Assembly: GCF_036321535.1 (NCBI RefSeq)
Contig: NC_087437.1
Location: forward strand, 61,320,001 to 61,384,000
Direction of reading: 5' to 3'
DNA: 64,000 bases
From: Camelus dromedarius
Taxonomy: Eukaryota
In this document: one piece after another, positions 1 through 31,550 of the stretch
How positions within the stretch are numbered: the first letter of the stretch is position 1
Layout: each line of letters opens with the position of its first letter
Notes under the pieces: model-generated
What the model was told of the DNA's origin: nothing
The model's input: only the letters and a program-made list of their open reading frames with translations
The model's database searches: none
Translations under genes and position numbers: made by a program

Positions 1-299
1 AAGGGGTGAGGGTGCCCTGAGATCAGCCCTAAATACCTGGTACTCAGGAGTCGGTGGATGCTTCAGATGCCATAAGGATGAGAGAGTGTGCTTGTGGCAC
101 CTTGGGGCCCTTGGGGCCCTTGCGGTAGGAGAGAGAGGAAGAGCCCCTGCAGTGGGACTTTCTCCACTAGCAGTGTCCTCACCCCGGCACTGGGTGACAG
201 CCCTGCGTGGACACATGTTGGAGCAGCTCCTCCAGAAGGGAGTGTGGATTCTCGAGGCACTCTTCTGAGGCCGGAGAGGTCAGCCCCAGCACTCTGCCA

Positions 300-1250
300 G
301 GCCATGAATGCGCCGTACAGCCGGTGCAGCCAGCTCGGTCTTGAGGGTGGGGCGGGAGGGGGTGGCAGGGAGGAGTCAAGGCCAGTGAGAAGAGGCGTGG
401 GCTGCGCCGGGGCGCGGTCTCCCTCCGGGTTCGGGTGCCGGAGGCGTGGCTTCCACGGCGGGCGAGGAGTGGGCTGGACAGGTTCTCTGGGTGGAGTGGA
501 GTGCCGAACAGCGCGCCAGGGAGCCCGACAGGTGGGCGCATTATTGGAGCCACGTGGAGACTTGGCTGGTGGAAGGATAGGCTTCAGGCCCCAACGTCTG
601 GAGGGAGGGGTCTCAGGTCAAGTCAGGATGGAGGCTTCCCCTCTGTGAGCTTCTTGGATGGACTCCCTTATCATGGATATGAGTGCCCTTGAATCCCCAG
701 GACCTGATCGGTGACTATGGAGCTCTGGGTCCTGGAGACGGCCAGGGGCTGAGGGGAGCTGTGGTTCCGTGGTCAGTGAAGGTGGGGCCCCGCACCTGGC
801 TCTCTGGGGACCAGCGGGTGGTGCTGCGCGGCGGAGAAGCGGCTCCTTGGAATGGAGGCTGGGCGCGGGGATTGGGGGAGGGGCGGCCGCAGGCCCAGCA
901 AGACTGACCGCGACCACCCGGCTCCGCTCCTCTCCTCTGACTGCAGGAGGCTGATACGGGGCAGTGGGGAGCGGGCTGGGCCCTGGCTGAGGCGTTTTAA
1001 CAGCTCCAGCCCCCCTGGAGGATGCTCGAGGCCCAGCTCCTCAGAACGCACGGCAGTGACAGTGACGCTGACGCTGCCGGTGCGCTGGAGGGGCGGGGGC
1101 TGCGAGGGCTCTGCCTACCTCCCTGGCACTAATGCCGGGAGTTTGGGTTCCGTGGCGGGGAGATCTGCGTATCAGCGCCTGATAAGGGCTGAGGAGGGCC
1201 AGCAGGTAATAGGCCCCATCATCTGCCAGTGAGCTGAGGGCAGCCTCTCA
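300..1250 (+). promoter_or_regulatory. TNK2: CpG-rich alternative promoter / first-exon region of TNK2
   Basis: High GC and CpG density, GC boxes (GGGGCGG), and a donor CAG|GTAATA at 1205/1206. Boundaries are approximate. Confidence 0.75.
1022..1205 (+). other. TNK2: TNK2 alternative first exon A (homologue of the MLEA...RSAYQRL exon; reading frame from ATG 1022 is disrupted here; 5' end unknown)
   Basis: Encodes MLEAQLLRTHGSD... from ATG 1022 and ...GRSAYQRLIRAEEGQQ in another frame. The phase-0 donor at 1206 joins in frame to RLGSSSM at 7290. Confidence 0.75.
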
Positions 1251-1646
1251 GGAGGGAGGGGTGTCTATACTCCTGGGACCAAGGACAGATCCTGGGGGTG
1301 GGAGACTGGGTAAAGAAGGGTGATGTGCTTGTGTGTGGGATGGGTGGGACGAGTCAGTGGTGGTGTGTTCCTGATGCTGACATCTGCTTCAGTGTCTCTG
1401 AGTCCCCTGGGAACCGATTAAGCTGCCCTTTGGGCTTGCTTCATCGCTGCATGGGAGCCCCGGAAGCACTGCCAGGATGTGGGTTTAGTCTTCTATGGTC
1501 ACTGAGCTCCTGTGCTCTGGACCTTGCCTTTTACTGGCTTTATGAATCTGCATATTAAGCCAAATGTCCCTGTTTGCTTTGGAAAATATGAGCATCTTAT
1601 TTATGGGGCTGCTTCCCTTACTTTAGAAATCAAGCACTTTCTCTCT

Positions 1647-1665
1647 TGGCCGGCAGAGGGCAGTC
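1647..1665 (+). promoter_or_regulatory. CTCF-like motif
   Basis: TGGCCGGCAGAGGGCAGTC, close to the CTCF core consensus. Confidence 0.45.
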
Positions 1666-3720
1666 ACTGACAGGACAAAGTCGGGCAGAAAGGTGGCTGT
1701 TTTCCAGGGCTGAGAGAAGGGGTCCAGGAGCTGGCCTGAGCTCCGACCCCTGACCATGCTTTGCTTTTCTTCACAACTTCCCACAGTTGGATTACTGCGC
1801 AAGCTCTGAGGCTTGTTCTTACCCAATGTCTAAAGGAAGAGTCAGGCATGGGGTTCTGGTGGATTTGGGGCACATCTTTCGGAGGTGGTTAGAATTTTCA
1901 ATCTGGCCACTCCATTCCAGCAGCCCCTTAACTTGTGGTCAGATCCCTGGGTCTCCTTCAGGTGTCTGGTGGGAGGTAGGCAGTAGGCTTCTCTGCTGTG
2001 GACATTGTCTGCCAGGGTTTGAGGGAAAGTCAGCTCCAGTGTGACCTCAGCCTGACCTTGTCTTGTCCCTTATCTCTGATTCCAGTCTCAGACTGGTGAT
2101 TCACTGGGACCGAGGGGAGGCTGCACCTGGCTGGCTGCACAAGCTTTGGATAGTGGTGGATGACAGGGGGATGGGAAAGAGGGACTGATTGCTGGGGGGT
2201 GTCCCATTACTCTCCTCCCTGGGTCAGATCAGGAAATGGCTGTCCCTCTGGGCACTTCCCTGCCAGGGAGGTCAAGCACTGAGAGAGAGGCCTTGGAAAA
2301 AGCCTGGGATGCTGATTCCCCAAAACTCTCACTCCAGCTGCCTACTCCGCCAGCCAGCTGGGACTCCCAGAGCTGGTGGCCAGCTGGATAGGGACAAGAG
2401 AGCAGTGTGCAAGAAATGGGCTCCCTGGGCTGGGAGGGGGGCGCTGAGGGGGCCTGAGAGGACTTCCTGCAGCTGTCAGGTGTGTCTGGGGGCTGTAGTG
2501 AGGGAGAGTGTAAGAGCAGCAGCTGGTGCCCTTGAGGAGGAGCAGAGGGATCAATTGTCAGCTCTGGGAACGTGGGGGGCCCACGGGGGCTTGATCGAGT
2601 GTCTCCAGTTCCCTTTTGCCGGGTCTGTTGTCTGTGTAGGTGCTATTCAAGAGACATCCTATAGCCTGGAATCCTGTGGCTTTGAGGTGGAGGCATTGCA
2701 GGGTTTAGCTGCATATTTGTTTTGAGGGGGCTTTGGATCTTGGCCAGCTGGTCTGGGGAGGAGGCACCCTGGGCGTTGTGGGCAGCAGACAAGGCAATCT
2801 CAGGGGAGGAGGTGGAGATTCCTCACCCCCACTCCACCCCCCTTGCTCTTGGCTGGACTGCCCCACACTGGCAGGCTGCCGGACTCCTATTTCCGTCGGG
2901 CACCAGGGTAACAGGGCCACATTAGGGCCGGAGCCAGGAGACGCCTAGCCAAGGCTGGGACTGGGAGATGGGGGAGGGTCTCTAGTGGGTCTGCCTGCAA
3001 GGTCCAGAAACGGCTCTCTAGTGTCCAAGCCCCCAACTCAGGCTATGCACTAGCCCTCACAGCCCCAGACAAGCCCATATGGGAGTCTATAACCCCTCTT
3101 TGTACACTACTGCTTGATTGACATTGCCCCCACCCTAAAATCCCAGGAGTTGTCTGCAACTATGGGGGCTGGGGTGGAAGCCAGAGACAGGGGGCCTTGT
3201 GTATGGGGAGGCAGTGGCGGGGGGGCAGCTCTGGTGGCTGGGAGGAAGAGTCCCCCCATTCCCGCTGCCCTCTTGGCAGTGATTCAGAAAGGTCCTTTTT
3301 CAGCCAGTGTCAGAGCTGCTCAGCTGGGGCGGGAGGGAAGCAGGAGGGAGGGAGGGCGGGCAGTCTGGTGGGGGAGCCAGGGAGTAGGGCTGGAGCTGTG
3401 ACCACTGCACTGGAGAGAAGACAGAGAAACCGGACAGAGGACCCAGGCTACAGCCAACACAGAGAATAGCTACCTTGCTTCTGCCAGGCTAACCAGCTGT
3501 GGAAACAGCTGTAGAGCAGAGAAAAGGGGATCACCCTATTCTGCTCCATTTCCCACCCCTGGTGTGGGATTTAGGGGACCTCTGGGGCAGACCTCTGGCC
3601 AACTTCCCTTCTGGGCAGAACCTGAAATTCAGGAGCAGAGACCACTGCCCACCCACCCCCCACCCCCTACGTCCTGGGCCAGAGCCCTGGTGACCCCATC
3701 GGGGGTCCAGCTCCGTGGAG

Positions 3721-3798
3721 ATGCCAGCAGCTCGTCGGTTCCCTGGCCTCGAGCTCTCCTTCCCTCTTCTGGCCAGACTTCGGCGGAGACTCTACACA
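3721..3798 (+). CDS. TNK2: TNK2 alternative first coding exon B (MPAARRFPGLELSFPLLARLRRRLYT)
   Basis: ATG 3721, 26 open codons, consensus donor ACA|GTGAGT, phase 0, in frame with exon 2 (7290). Matches a TNK2 N-terminal variant I recall from other mammals. Confidence 0.85.
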
Positions 3799-4817
3799 GT
3801 GAGTGGGGGGTTGGGGGCGGGAGCCGGACTGACCAGGGACTGAATCGGTTCCTCAGAGCTTCACTAAGGGCCAGAGAGCAGGACTGGAAATGGCTGAGGG
3901 CTGCCTCCATTACAGCTTGCCAGGGGTTCAAGGCTTCCCCACTCTGGTGGCTGCGTTCTGGTGGAGAGTGTGTCAGAAAAGCATGTTCGGGAAGCAGGCG
4001 TGCCAGTCACAGGAGCCACACGTGTTAGACATAGGTGTGTGAACTGGGCTGTGCTGGGGGACACCGCAGCAGTGCTCTGTGCTCCACAGATACTGGGGTT
4101 GGAGGGGGACTTAGGGGAAGGGCGGGGACTTGTCTAGGGTCACCCTGACTGCTTTCTCACTGGGATCCCAATGTTCTTTCCTGTCTTCCCACACACCCCT
4201 ACGCAGAGCAGCCTTGTGTCTGGGGTTGGGGAGCAGGGAGAGGAGTACCTAGTGGAGCAGGGAGATTTGTTAGCTGGTTATTTCAGGGAAAAGGAACAGG
4301 CCAGACTGCTTTCTAAGCAGCTTCTTCAGGGGAGGGGTCTCTGAGCCTCCCCCGGCCCCCACCACCCAGGGCAGAGCTGGTCTCAGGAGTTGCTGCCTCC
4401 TACTCTCGAGGAGGTAGAATGAGGGGCCCGGAGCCCTGGGACTTGGGGGCTGAGGAGGAAGTGATGGGGGCCCTCAGACCGCTTGCCCTCATTGCAGGCC
4501 CCATGTTGAGCTGAGCCATGTGAGGGGTGGAATCACTTTGCTCCAGGGACAGGAGAGTGGTTCTAGCTGGCCCCGTCTGGTCAGGCCACGGAAAGATGCT
4601 GCCTAGGTTAGGCTTTCTTCTGGAAAGCAGTGGTGCCCTGCCTTCTTAAGCCCACACCCCCTTGTTTGTTTACAGATGGCTTTGTTGAGAATAAATGAGT
4701 TAATATAGCTAAGTGTATAGAACTTGTGCCCAACATATAGTTAACTATAGTTGAAGTGTTAGTTATTTTTTATTCTTCTTAAATAAAATTAATAGAAATA
4801 CAATATAACTTGTTTAC

Positions 4818-4854
4818 TGTGTGTGTGTGTGTGTGTGTGTTTGTGTGTGTGTGT
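4818..4854. repeat. (TG)n microsatellite, one interruption
   Basis: Direct reading. Confidence 0.95.
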
Positions 4855-6715
4855 ATTCAGTCAACATAATGCCTCCTGTAACATATAAGAGAGATAAGAG
4901 GAGATCAGTGATAACATTTCATGTATTCTAATATGTCACTGTGGCATTATGAAGTAGTCAGATGTTAAGACCTCAGGCAGAACCACTATGGAGGCAACAT
5001 CTACAAGGGCTGACCGAGAGGAGAGTTTTGAAATAATAAGGTTGGGCTGCCTCAAGTGACATTCTTCTGAATTAGTGGACAACTTTTGGTAAGTTCTAAA
5101 CAAAGCAAAAGACCAGTTTTCCCTCACTGTACACAGTAGTTCTATTCCAGGAAAATTAAGTATGAAAACTGCAAACATACTTTCTTTTTCATATGGACAG
5201 TGGAATTCACTTCTCAAGATGATTATACACAATTTTTCACCTGCATGAATTAAGTTGTGTGAGCTTTGGGACAGTGTGTGAGACTGTGTTCTTGTCCCCC
5301 AGCCACCCACTAAATACCCTAGTGGTCCCTCAGCACGTGACAATCAAAAATGTCCCCTAGGGGGCTGTACAGCCCTCGTGAGAACTGTCCGCCATCCCAG
5401 TAAAGGGTTACGGCTTAAAGTTTGGAAACTCTTCTGGCCCAGCCACCTTGGTGAAGGAGCCAGGATTTGAACTGAGGGCTTCTCGTTCCCATTTGTCGCT
5501 CTTTGTGCTGCCTGGGAAAGCCTGAGCTCCTGGCACTGGGTTGGCAGCCCCACTGGGAACTGGGGGCAGGAGCCTCATGCTGGTCCTGGGCTGAGAGTGC
5601 CTGCTTCTCTTAATATGACCTGTGATGAGAACTGGGGGATGAGCCACCTCTGAGTTGGGAGGAGAGGATCTCAGGGCAGCTGGCCTTTTCCCTCATGCCT
5701 CTCTTCTTTGGTGGGGATTGAACACAGGTCAGGGGCTTGACAGGCCCTTAGCTCCAAGGAGTCTTACTCATACAGGGATGGATTTGGTGTCAGGTGAGCG
5801 AGGCTGCCTAGCTGTGGGGCTACCACCGGCCTCTTTCTCTGGGCCCCAGAGGGTGTAGGTTGGTGCTCACTCACTGGTGGCCCCTTGGCTGATTGTGGCC
5901 TGCACGTCGTTTTGTTTGGCCAGCAAAGCATATCCATGTGTGTGCATGTGTGTATTTCAAACTTGAATTAGTTGACATAGTTCAGAAGTCAGGAGGAAGA
6001 TATAATGTCAAGTGAAAACAAGGAACAGAACGGTGTGGGTTATGGGTGAGTATTTGTATGGGGAAAACAAATCTGGAAGACTTGTCAGAGCCCTTATATG
6101 TCAGAGCCCTTAATGGCAGCTGACTTGGGGATGGAGAGCTTGGTGGCTGTGCAGTAAGACAGGGAGTGAAACTTTATGGCTCCTGTGTGCCTTTTGAATA
6201 TTTTACCATGTGCATGTATTACCTTTTCCAAAAAAATTTTTAATGGTAATATTTCACATATTCAGAATTCTGGTATTTTCTTGAAAAAAATTGAAAGCTT
6301 TGACAGTACTGGGCCACAGTCTGTTGTGACAGCTGTTGACTGCAGCTGATTACTGCTGCATCCTTGGGCCACGTCTGAAAGCCCACCCCAGCCTCTGTCC
6401 TTCCCTCTCATCTTCCCCTCCTGTGATCCCAGAGATACTCAAGTGGCGGCTTGTGGAGTGGTCTTTGGACGGGGGCAAGGGAGGCTCCTGAGATGTCAGG
6501 CATTGGGAGGGACATAGCTAGAGCTCATCTAGTCCCTGTCGGGTCCGTCAGGTCTGGGTAGCTCATGGATAGCTCTCAAGGGACACTATCCCTTCCAAAA
6601 TTGTTCATTAAAACTTTATGAATAAGAATGTATATATTTTCCTGGAGACACGATTGATAGTTACTCTCAGATTCTCAAAAGGCTTGTGATACCAGGATAG
6701 TTTACGAGCCAATGG

Positions 6716-6980
6716 GAATGACTACTTATTGTTATAGGGGGAAAGCAGGTGGAAGGGGATAAATTGGGAATTTGAGATTTGCAAATACTACTGTATATAA
6801 AATAGATTTTAAAAAACCAGATTTCTTCTGTGAAGCACAGGGAACTGTATTCAATATCTTGTAGTAACCTATAATGAAAAAGAATATGAAAATGAATATA
6901 TATATATATGTATGACTGAAACATGCTGTACACCAGAAATTGATACATTGTAACTGACTATACTTAAAAAAAAAAAAAAA
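6716..6980 (+). mobile_element. 5'-truncated L1 3' end
   Basis: L1 3'UTR (...gctgtacaccagaaattgat...), poly(A) tail, flanking duplication AGCCAATGG (6707-6715 / 6981-6989). Confidence 0.85.
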
Positions 6981-7307
6981 AGCCAATGGAGACCCCTGAG
7001 AACAGAGTTTGATCTCAGGCCACTCAGCCATGGATGAGAGATTTGGGGAGTAAGACCCTAACTCCAGGGCCTGGGCTGAATCCCATCTGCTCTAATTCTA
7101 CCCCTATTGTCACAGGAAGCAAGCCAGGTGGGTACAGTCTTTTCTGTACAGCTGCTTTGGGAAGCAGGAAGGTGGTTTGAATCCTTCCCTGCAGCAGCAT
7201 AGTAGGATGTAGGTGAACCCAGTGCACAGGGCAAGGTCACCTCTTACCTCCCTGCGTCTCATGGTCCCTGAGCCATTCTCTCCCCACAGAGGCTGGGGAG
7301 CAGCAGC

Positions 7308-25857
<18,550 letters not shown>

Positions 25858-25864
<7 letters not shown>

Positions 25865-26655
25865 GATGTCTGGAGAGCCAGAGGGTCTGCCCTGAAAGAA
25901 CCACTTGAGCCTGTCCAGCTGACAAGGGCAGGGAGACGCCCTGCCCAGGCCTGGAGGGCCTGCTGCGCCCGCTGTTCCCAGTGGCAGAGTGAGGCTTAGG
26001 CAGCAGGAGGCTGGGAGCACCGCCTCGCCTGTCCCTCCCTCACCCCGTGCTGTCCCTGCAACTTCGGAGCTCTCATCCCTCAGCCGAGGTGCAGGAAGGA
26101 GCCTCTTGAAGGAGGCCTGGGGGTGGCCTCAGCAGGCCCCGCAGCTGACCTGCTTCTGGCTCCAGTCCCTGGTAGGGCCTGTGGCTGGAGTGTGTACCCA
26201 GGCCCTGTCGGTGGGGAAGTGAGGCTTGACCCAGGCGAGGAGGGTGTGTTGGCCACACAGAAAGGTGCACCAGCACCATGGGGGCTGGGCCCTTTATTAG
26301 GGAGCCCCTGGCAGGCAGTTGGGGTGTCAGAAAGGATGTGACTTACAGCCTCACCATGGACATGTTGTAGGACTTGGCCGGTCTTAGGATCTTGTGCCTG
26401 GAAATAGCCTGATGTGGCTTGTGTAGCAGAGCAAGGGTGCCAGATCGTTCTCTGGCAGGGACCAGGGCCCAAGGCCCCAGGGTTGGAAGGAGACCAAGGG
26501 GGCAGCTGCCCTGGAGGGACACCAGTGCGTCCTCTTTGACCCAGCTCTTCCCCTGTGCTGTTCCATGTCTTCCCACCAGCCTCTGTCGCCAAAGTTGCTG
26601 CCCCAGCTATGAATATTTGCTTCTTCCAGAGAAATAAAGTTAGTTTCTATTTTAT
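25858..26655 (+). other. TNK2: TNK2 terminal exon (7 coding nt G-CGC-TGA, stop 25862-25864, then 3' UTR; 3' end approximate)
   Basis: Acceptor tttcccatcctttag completes ...HHKR*; the UTR runs to the poly(A) signal. Confidence 0.9.
26633..26638 (+). terminator. TNK2: Polyadenylation signal AATAAA of TNK2
   Basis: AATAAA followed by a T/GT-rich downstream element (~26650-26690). Confidence 0.85.
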
Positions 26656-29464
26656 GTTACTTACTTGTGTCTGCCTGTTTCTTTGCCTGTTGGTCAGACG
26701 CCTGAGGTCTGGGCTCCCCAAGCCACTGCCATCTGTCCCAGGCAGCAGGCCCTGTAGCACCACCTGTGGGCAGAGGGAGGAAGTGCAGGCCTGGCTGACC
26801 CTAAGGGGTCTCTCCCCTACAGAGGCTGGCAGAGGGCAGAGCACCCATCTGATGAAGTCACTGACTCACAGTCCCCAGCTTTTGCTCCAGAGTTCCATGA
26901 GGCAGGATATACTGCAGGACAGAGTACAGTAACTCAGTTAGCTGGAGCTAAGCCAGATACTTTGATAATACAGACGGCCTCAATATGTATAAGTATTTTA
27001 ATTTTCCTTTTCTGAATATCTAATAATTTACATGGCTCAAAATTCAAAATGTACTAAAGAGTATACAGTGAAATTTCCCACCCCAGCTGCCACCTCCCCT
27101 CTCCAGAGGCTGCCTTTATTATCATCAGTTTCTGGTGTGTTTCTTATTTTTACCCTTTACAGTATTTTGAAGAGTTCCATAGCTGTACTGAAAGGGCATC
27201 CCCACTCTTGTTTAGGGTTGCATGGATATCGGTGTTCCATAATCTCTTTAACCAGGCCCCTTTTGATGGACGGATATTTGGTGGTTTCCAGTCCTTTGCA
27301 ATTACAGCTGTTGCAGCCATAAATGGTGAACGTGGGTTATTCTTCACTTGCAAGGCAATCTGAAGGATGAGTCCCCAGAAGTGGTGCTCCTGAGTCAGAG
27401 TGTGTGTGCAGTCGTGAGGGATCCTGCCGGCTTTCTCTCCATACAGGAGGCTGTTCCCCATGTCAGATGCTAGTGTGAGAGGTTTCCATGTGGTACCGCA
27501 GCTGTCTGGTTTCTCAGTCTGACATGTGAAACATGGTGTCTATAGTTTTAATTTGCATGTCTCTAATGAATGAATAAACATTAAAAAAATAAGTTGGGTC
27601 ATATATATTTCCTTTTCTATGAGCTACCTGTTAGTAGCCTTGAGCCATTAAAAAAGTTAGATTATTAGTCTGTTTCTTACTGGTTTTTAGGAATTTACTG
27701 GATCAAGAAATATAGCCCTTTGAACTTTACCATTATTATCATCTGAACTTTAGGAAAAGAGGTAAATCATAAGAAAGTAAGCTGATGGCTTGAATTTACA
27801 AAAGACAAAGGCCACTCAGGTTGGGTCTGGGGCACTGTCCTTAGTGTCTGGGGCTCTAGGCTGGCTTGCGTGGTGGGCCTTCAAGCCTGGGAGGTTGATA
27901 TCCTTCAGATCCAAACATGTTCTGTGTACCCTGTTCCCTAAGGCAAGAATTGAATTATATTTAGCTGCAATTAAAAAAAATCAGTCAAATATAATATCAT
28001 AAAAGGGGAAAAGTTAGTATTAAGTTAACTTTGGGCATTGCTGCTAGACCTGGATTTCATTTTCAGCTGTTGGATCTTAGAAAAGTTTCTTAACCTTTCT
28101 GAGCCTGTAGACTGGGGGAAATTAAATCCTCCTTTATAGAATGGTGAGGATTAAATGAGGTCATATAGGTAGAACATTTTGCTAAGTTCATGGGCCATGA
28201 TAAGTACCCAATAACCTGAGTCACAATGCATTTTGTTTCTTCATGTTCCTGCCTATCTTTGCCAATCAGTAGCTTGTATTATACACTGAACAACTCTGTA
28301 TACAATTGTCTTCTTTTCCCATTCCTCCCCTTTTTGGAAACAATTTGTTCTTTTGCTACAAAGTCATTCCTATTTTTTTAGATCGTGGGCATTTTTGACT
28401 CTATTAAAAAATGTCATTTTGGGGTAAAAGATGGCAGAGCTAATACATTTCAGAAGTATTTCCTGTAAGAGGGATACCAAATCATCTGAGGCTTCCTCAA
28501 AGGGTCAGAAGACCCTGTGCTTTTCTTGCCAGACACACAGTTCCCTAAACTCTAGGGTTTCCTGCTGTTTTTTTTTCCCTCCACTTCTCATCAACCTGCC
28601 AGCTTTTGCCAGCATCTCTTGGGTTTATTGAAAAGATCTTAAGGGACGATACTGAAAAAGCTGGCGCAGGTTTGCCGACATGAAGAACTGATAAATCAAT
28701 GAGGATTCATTGGACACCTTCTCTGTGTCAACCCTGAAGAGGGAATACAAGTTGAATGGATACAGTCTGTGTCCCAGGGGACTGTGACATTGCAGCAAGA
28801 CGATTAGTGCTCTCAGATCACTATGTGCCAGGTGACTTGGCATGGGAAGAGGGGGCTCCGCAGAGGAGGTGACATTATGCTGACTTGATGGGGAAGAATA
28901 GGCATGTGCCAGGAAGGTGAAGGGGCATGAAAGCATTGCAGGTGTGGGGAATGGCATGCGCAAAGCATGGAGATGCGAACTGGCCTGGCCTCAGTACTGA
29001 AGTTGGCAAGTCTAGCATCCAACCTTTTGTTAAGTTTCTGAGGTGGGCTGGAAATGGCTTTCGTATGGCCCTGGTGAGTGAGGCAGGCCTGGATCATGAA
29101 GCTACTGGTGTGAAATGCTGAGTTCTGTGACTTCGTAGACAAAGGAAGATGGCAGAAGAGAAGAAGAGGAATAAAGTCAGATCTGTGTTTCTAAGAGAAA
29201 TGGCTCTGCTTAAGAGGCTCACCGCTCTACTGCAGCCACGAGTAGAGGAAAAGTCTAGCGTGTGGGCCACACTGCACACAAAGAAGATAAAGGTGTTCTT
29301 AATTTGAAGTGCATTGATTTTTAGAGAAATTTGAACTTGGAGAATGGAGGAGGGACCACCAATTCCTGGAATCCTTGGCTAGAGTAGGGGTTCCTGAAGG
29401 CCAGTCCATGTCCAGGTTCAAATTTTCACCAGCCTGCAGTGAAATGATAAGAATAAGAACCACA

Positions 29465-29794
29465 CCTTTTTTTTTTTTTTTAAAGAAAATAAATAGAAAC
29501 AGACTCACAGACATAGAAAACAAACTTATGGTTACCAGGGTGGGAAGGGGGTGGAAAGGGATAAATTTGGAGTTCGAGATTTGCAGATACTAACTAACAT
29601 ATGTAAAATAGATAAATAACAAGTTTATACTGTATAGCACAGGGAACCATATTCAATATCTTGTAATTTATGGTGAAAAAGAATATGAAAATGAATATAT
29701 TTATGTTCCTATATGACTGAAGTATTGTGCTGTACACCAGAAATTGACACAATATTGTAAACTGATTATTATGCTTCAATAAAAATTTAAAAAA
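29465..29794 (+). mobile_element. 5'-truncated L1 3' end with 16-bp TSD
   Basis: TSD AAGAATAAGAACCACA at 29449-29464 and 29795-29810; same 3'UTR family as the 6716 and 59448 copies. Confidence 0.9.
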
Positions 29795-30073
29795 AAGAAT
29801 AAGAACCACATAACTGAATTTTTCTTAAAATGAAATGTACTCAATTTCAAGGATGGTCTTTATTCTGAGATTTTTGTCTTCCTACACTTTTGGTATAGAA
29901 ATGGCTATTCTTGTGCGGTGAAGGGAGTGGTAGGTGGTAAATTTGTCCCTGTGCCCTTATGCAGCAATGCTGTGTCTGCACAGTCATCACATCCTCTCAA
30001 GCAATTATTAATTTAAATCATGTTCCCTGAAATCTATCTTCAGAACGCCTGGGCAAGAGTGCTTTTGTGTCAG

Positions 30074-30108
30074 GCAGCACCACCTATTGGTGATGTGTGA
30101 CATTGCAG
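30074..30108 (-). promoter_or_regulatory. CTCF-like motif with upstream (ZF9-11) module
   Basis: Minus strand CTGCAATGTCACACATCA-CCAATAGGTGGTGCTGC: core plus a TGCAA module at typical spacing. Confidence 0.5.
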
Positions 30109-31394
30109 TCTCTTGGATAAATGTCAGATAGAAGGGAGGGCTAAGATTGTGTCAAGTCATTGCCCAATAAATCAATTAAGTCCAAAAGAGGCTGGCCCAG
30201 GCCCAAGGGTGCTTAAAGAGACTCATTCCAAGGAAGCTGGGAAGGGAAGGAACAGGTTTGCCAATCATCTGGAGCCAAACGGGCTACCTAGGATTTGATG
30301 CTTGGAAGAGGGACTGAGTGCGGGGCTTTGAAGGAGGCAACCCCTAACTTAGGAAAGAAGCCCTGGGCTACCTGGGAGAATGCTGTGGGCTAAGGGGAAA
30401 GTACTGGGAGAACACTGGTGCCCTTTGGTAAGCCCCCACGACTACTGTATTTTTAAATGCTGTTTTTATGATTCTCATATGAGCTTATTGTTGAAATGAA
30501 ACATTCGGAAAAGCACAATGAGAGAATTAAAATTACCCAGAAAGTCACTTGAAATTTTGATATATTTTCTGTCAGTTTTTTTCCCTCTGCACATACATGT
30601 TGTATGTGTTGTGGTTTTATAAAATAAGGTCAAGTGGCTGGTACTGCTATGTACCTGCCTTTGTCACTTAACATTTGATACTACAAGCAGTTTTCTATAT
30701 TTTAAAATTCATCTTCTCAAATGATATTTAAACACTTCATATTTTTCATTCTTTAGAAATGAAATATAGAAAGTCTCTATGAACACATTATTTTGTTAAC
30801 ATTTTTGCTTTGTAACAATTTTAACAGGCATTGCTAAATGGCTTTTCAGAAAGATTGGTCTCCCTTATTAATAGAAAACCTGTACGTTTTTAAAGAGAGG
30901 ACTTCTATTTTGGAGCTATGTTTAAAAATATTTCTGAATGAAGTGATCTGTTGAGAACAGTCCAGATGGTTGGAGGAAATGGGCCATGAGTTGGTAATTG
31001 TTGAAGCTGGTGATAGAATACGAGGGCTCACTCTACTTGAGGGTGAATGGACCTTTCCACGATCAAAAGTCAAATTAAAATACACTGTCTCCAGGTGGGG
31101 ACGTTCTCAAGGATCCAGTTGCCTCCTCTGAAGCTGTCCTTTTGGAAGTTTCTCACTTCATTCCTCCTGCCACCACCAGGATGGCCCCTAGGATGCACGG
31201 CTTCCCTCATTACACAAGGCAGACGGAATCCCCTTCTCTCACTGGCCTTTGTGAGGTAGAGACAAGGTGGAACTTTTAAAAAGTGGACAAATTCTGAGGG
31301 AAATCTCTCCAGCCCTGTTATCACCAGCCTTATCATAGGCTGCATCCTGTGTGTTCCCCCTTCATTCTAAGGGTCTCCTTATCCTTATCCTTCC

Positions 31395-31550
31395 AACTTA
31401 AAGGGTGGCATGAAGTCCAGCAGTGTCAACATCACCTGGGAACCCGTTAGAAATGCAGAACCTGGGCCCTACCTGGACCTACTGAACTGGAATCTCTGTC
31501 CAACCAGGATTCCTGGGTGATCCTCAGACATGATCAAGCATGTTTACACT
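31395..31550. mobile_element. MER5A-like hAT DNA transposon
   Basis: catcacctgggaacccgttagaaatgcagaa...cctactgaactggaatctctg signature; boundaries approximate. Confidence 0.7.

Noticed and set aside
6083..6112. 16-bp-period micro-duplication (similar one near 37470-37496)
   Set aside because: Ordinary slippage-type duplications with no sign of function.
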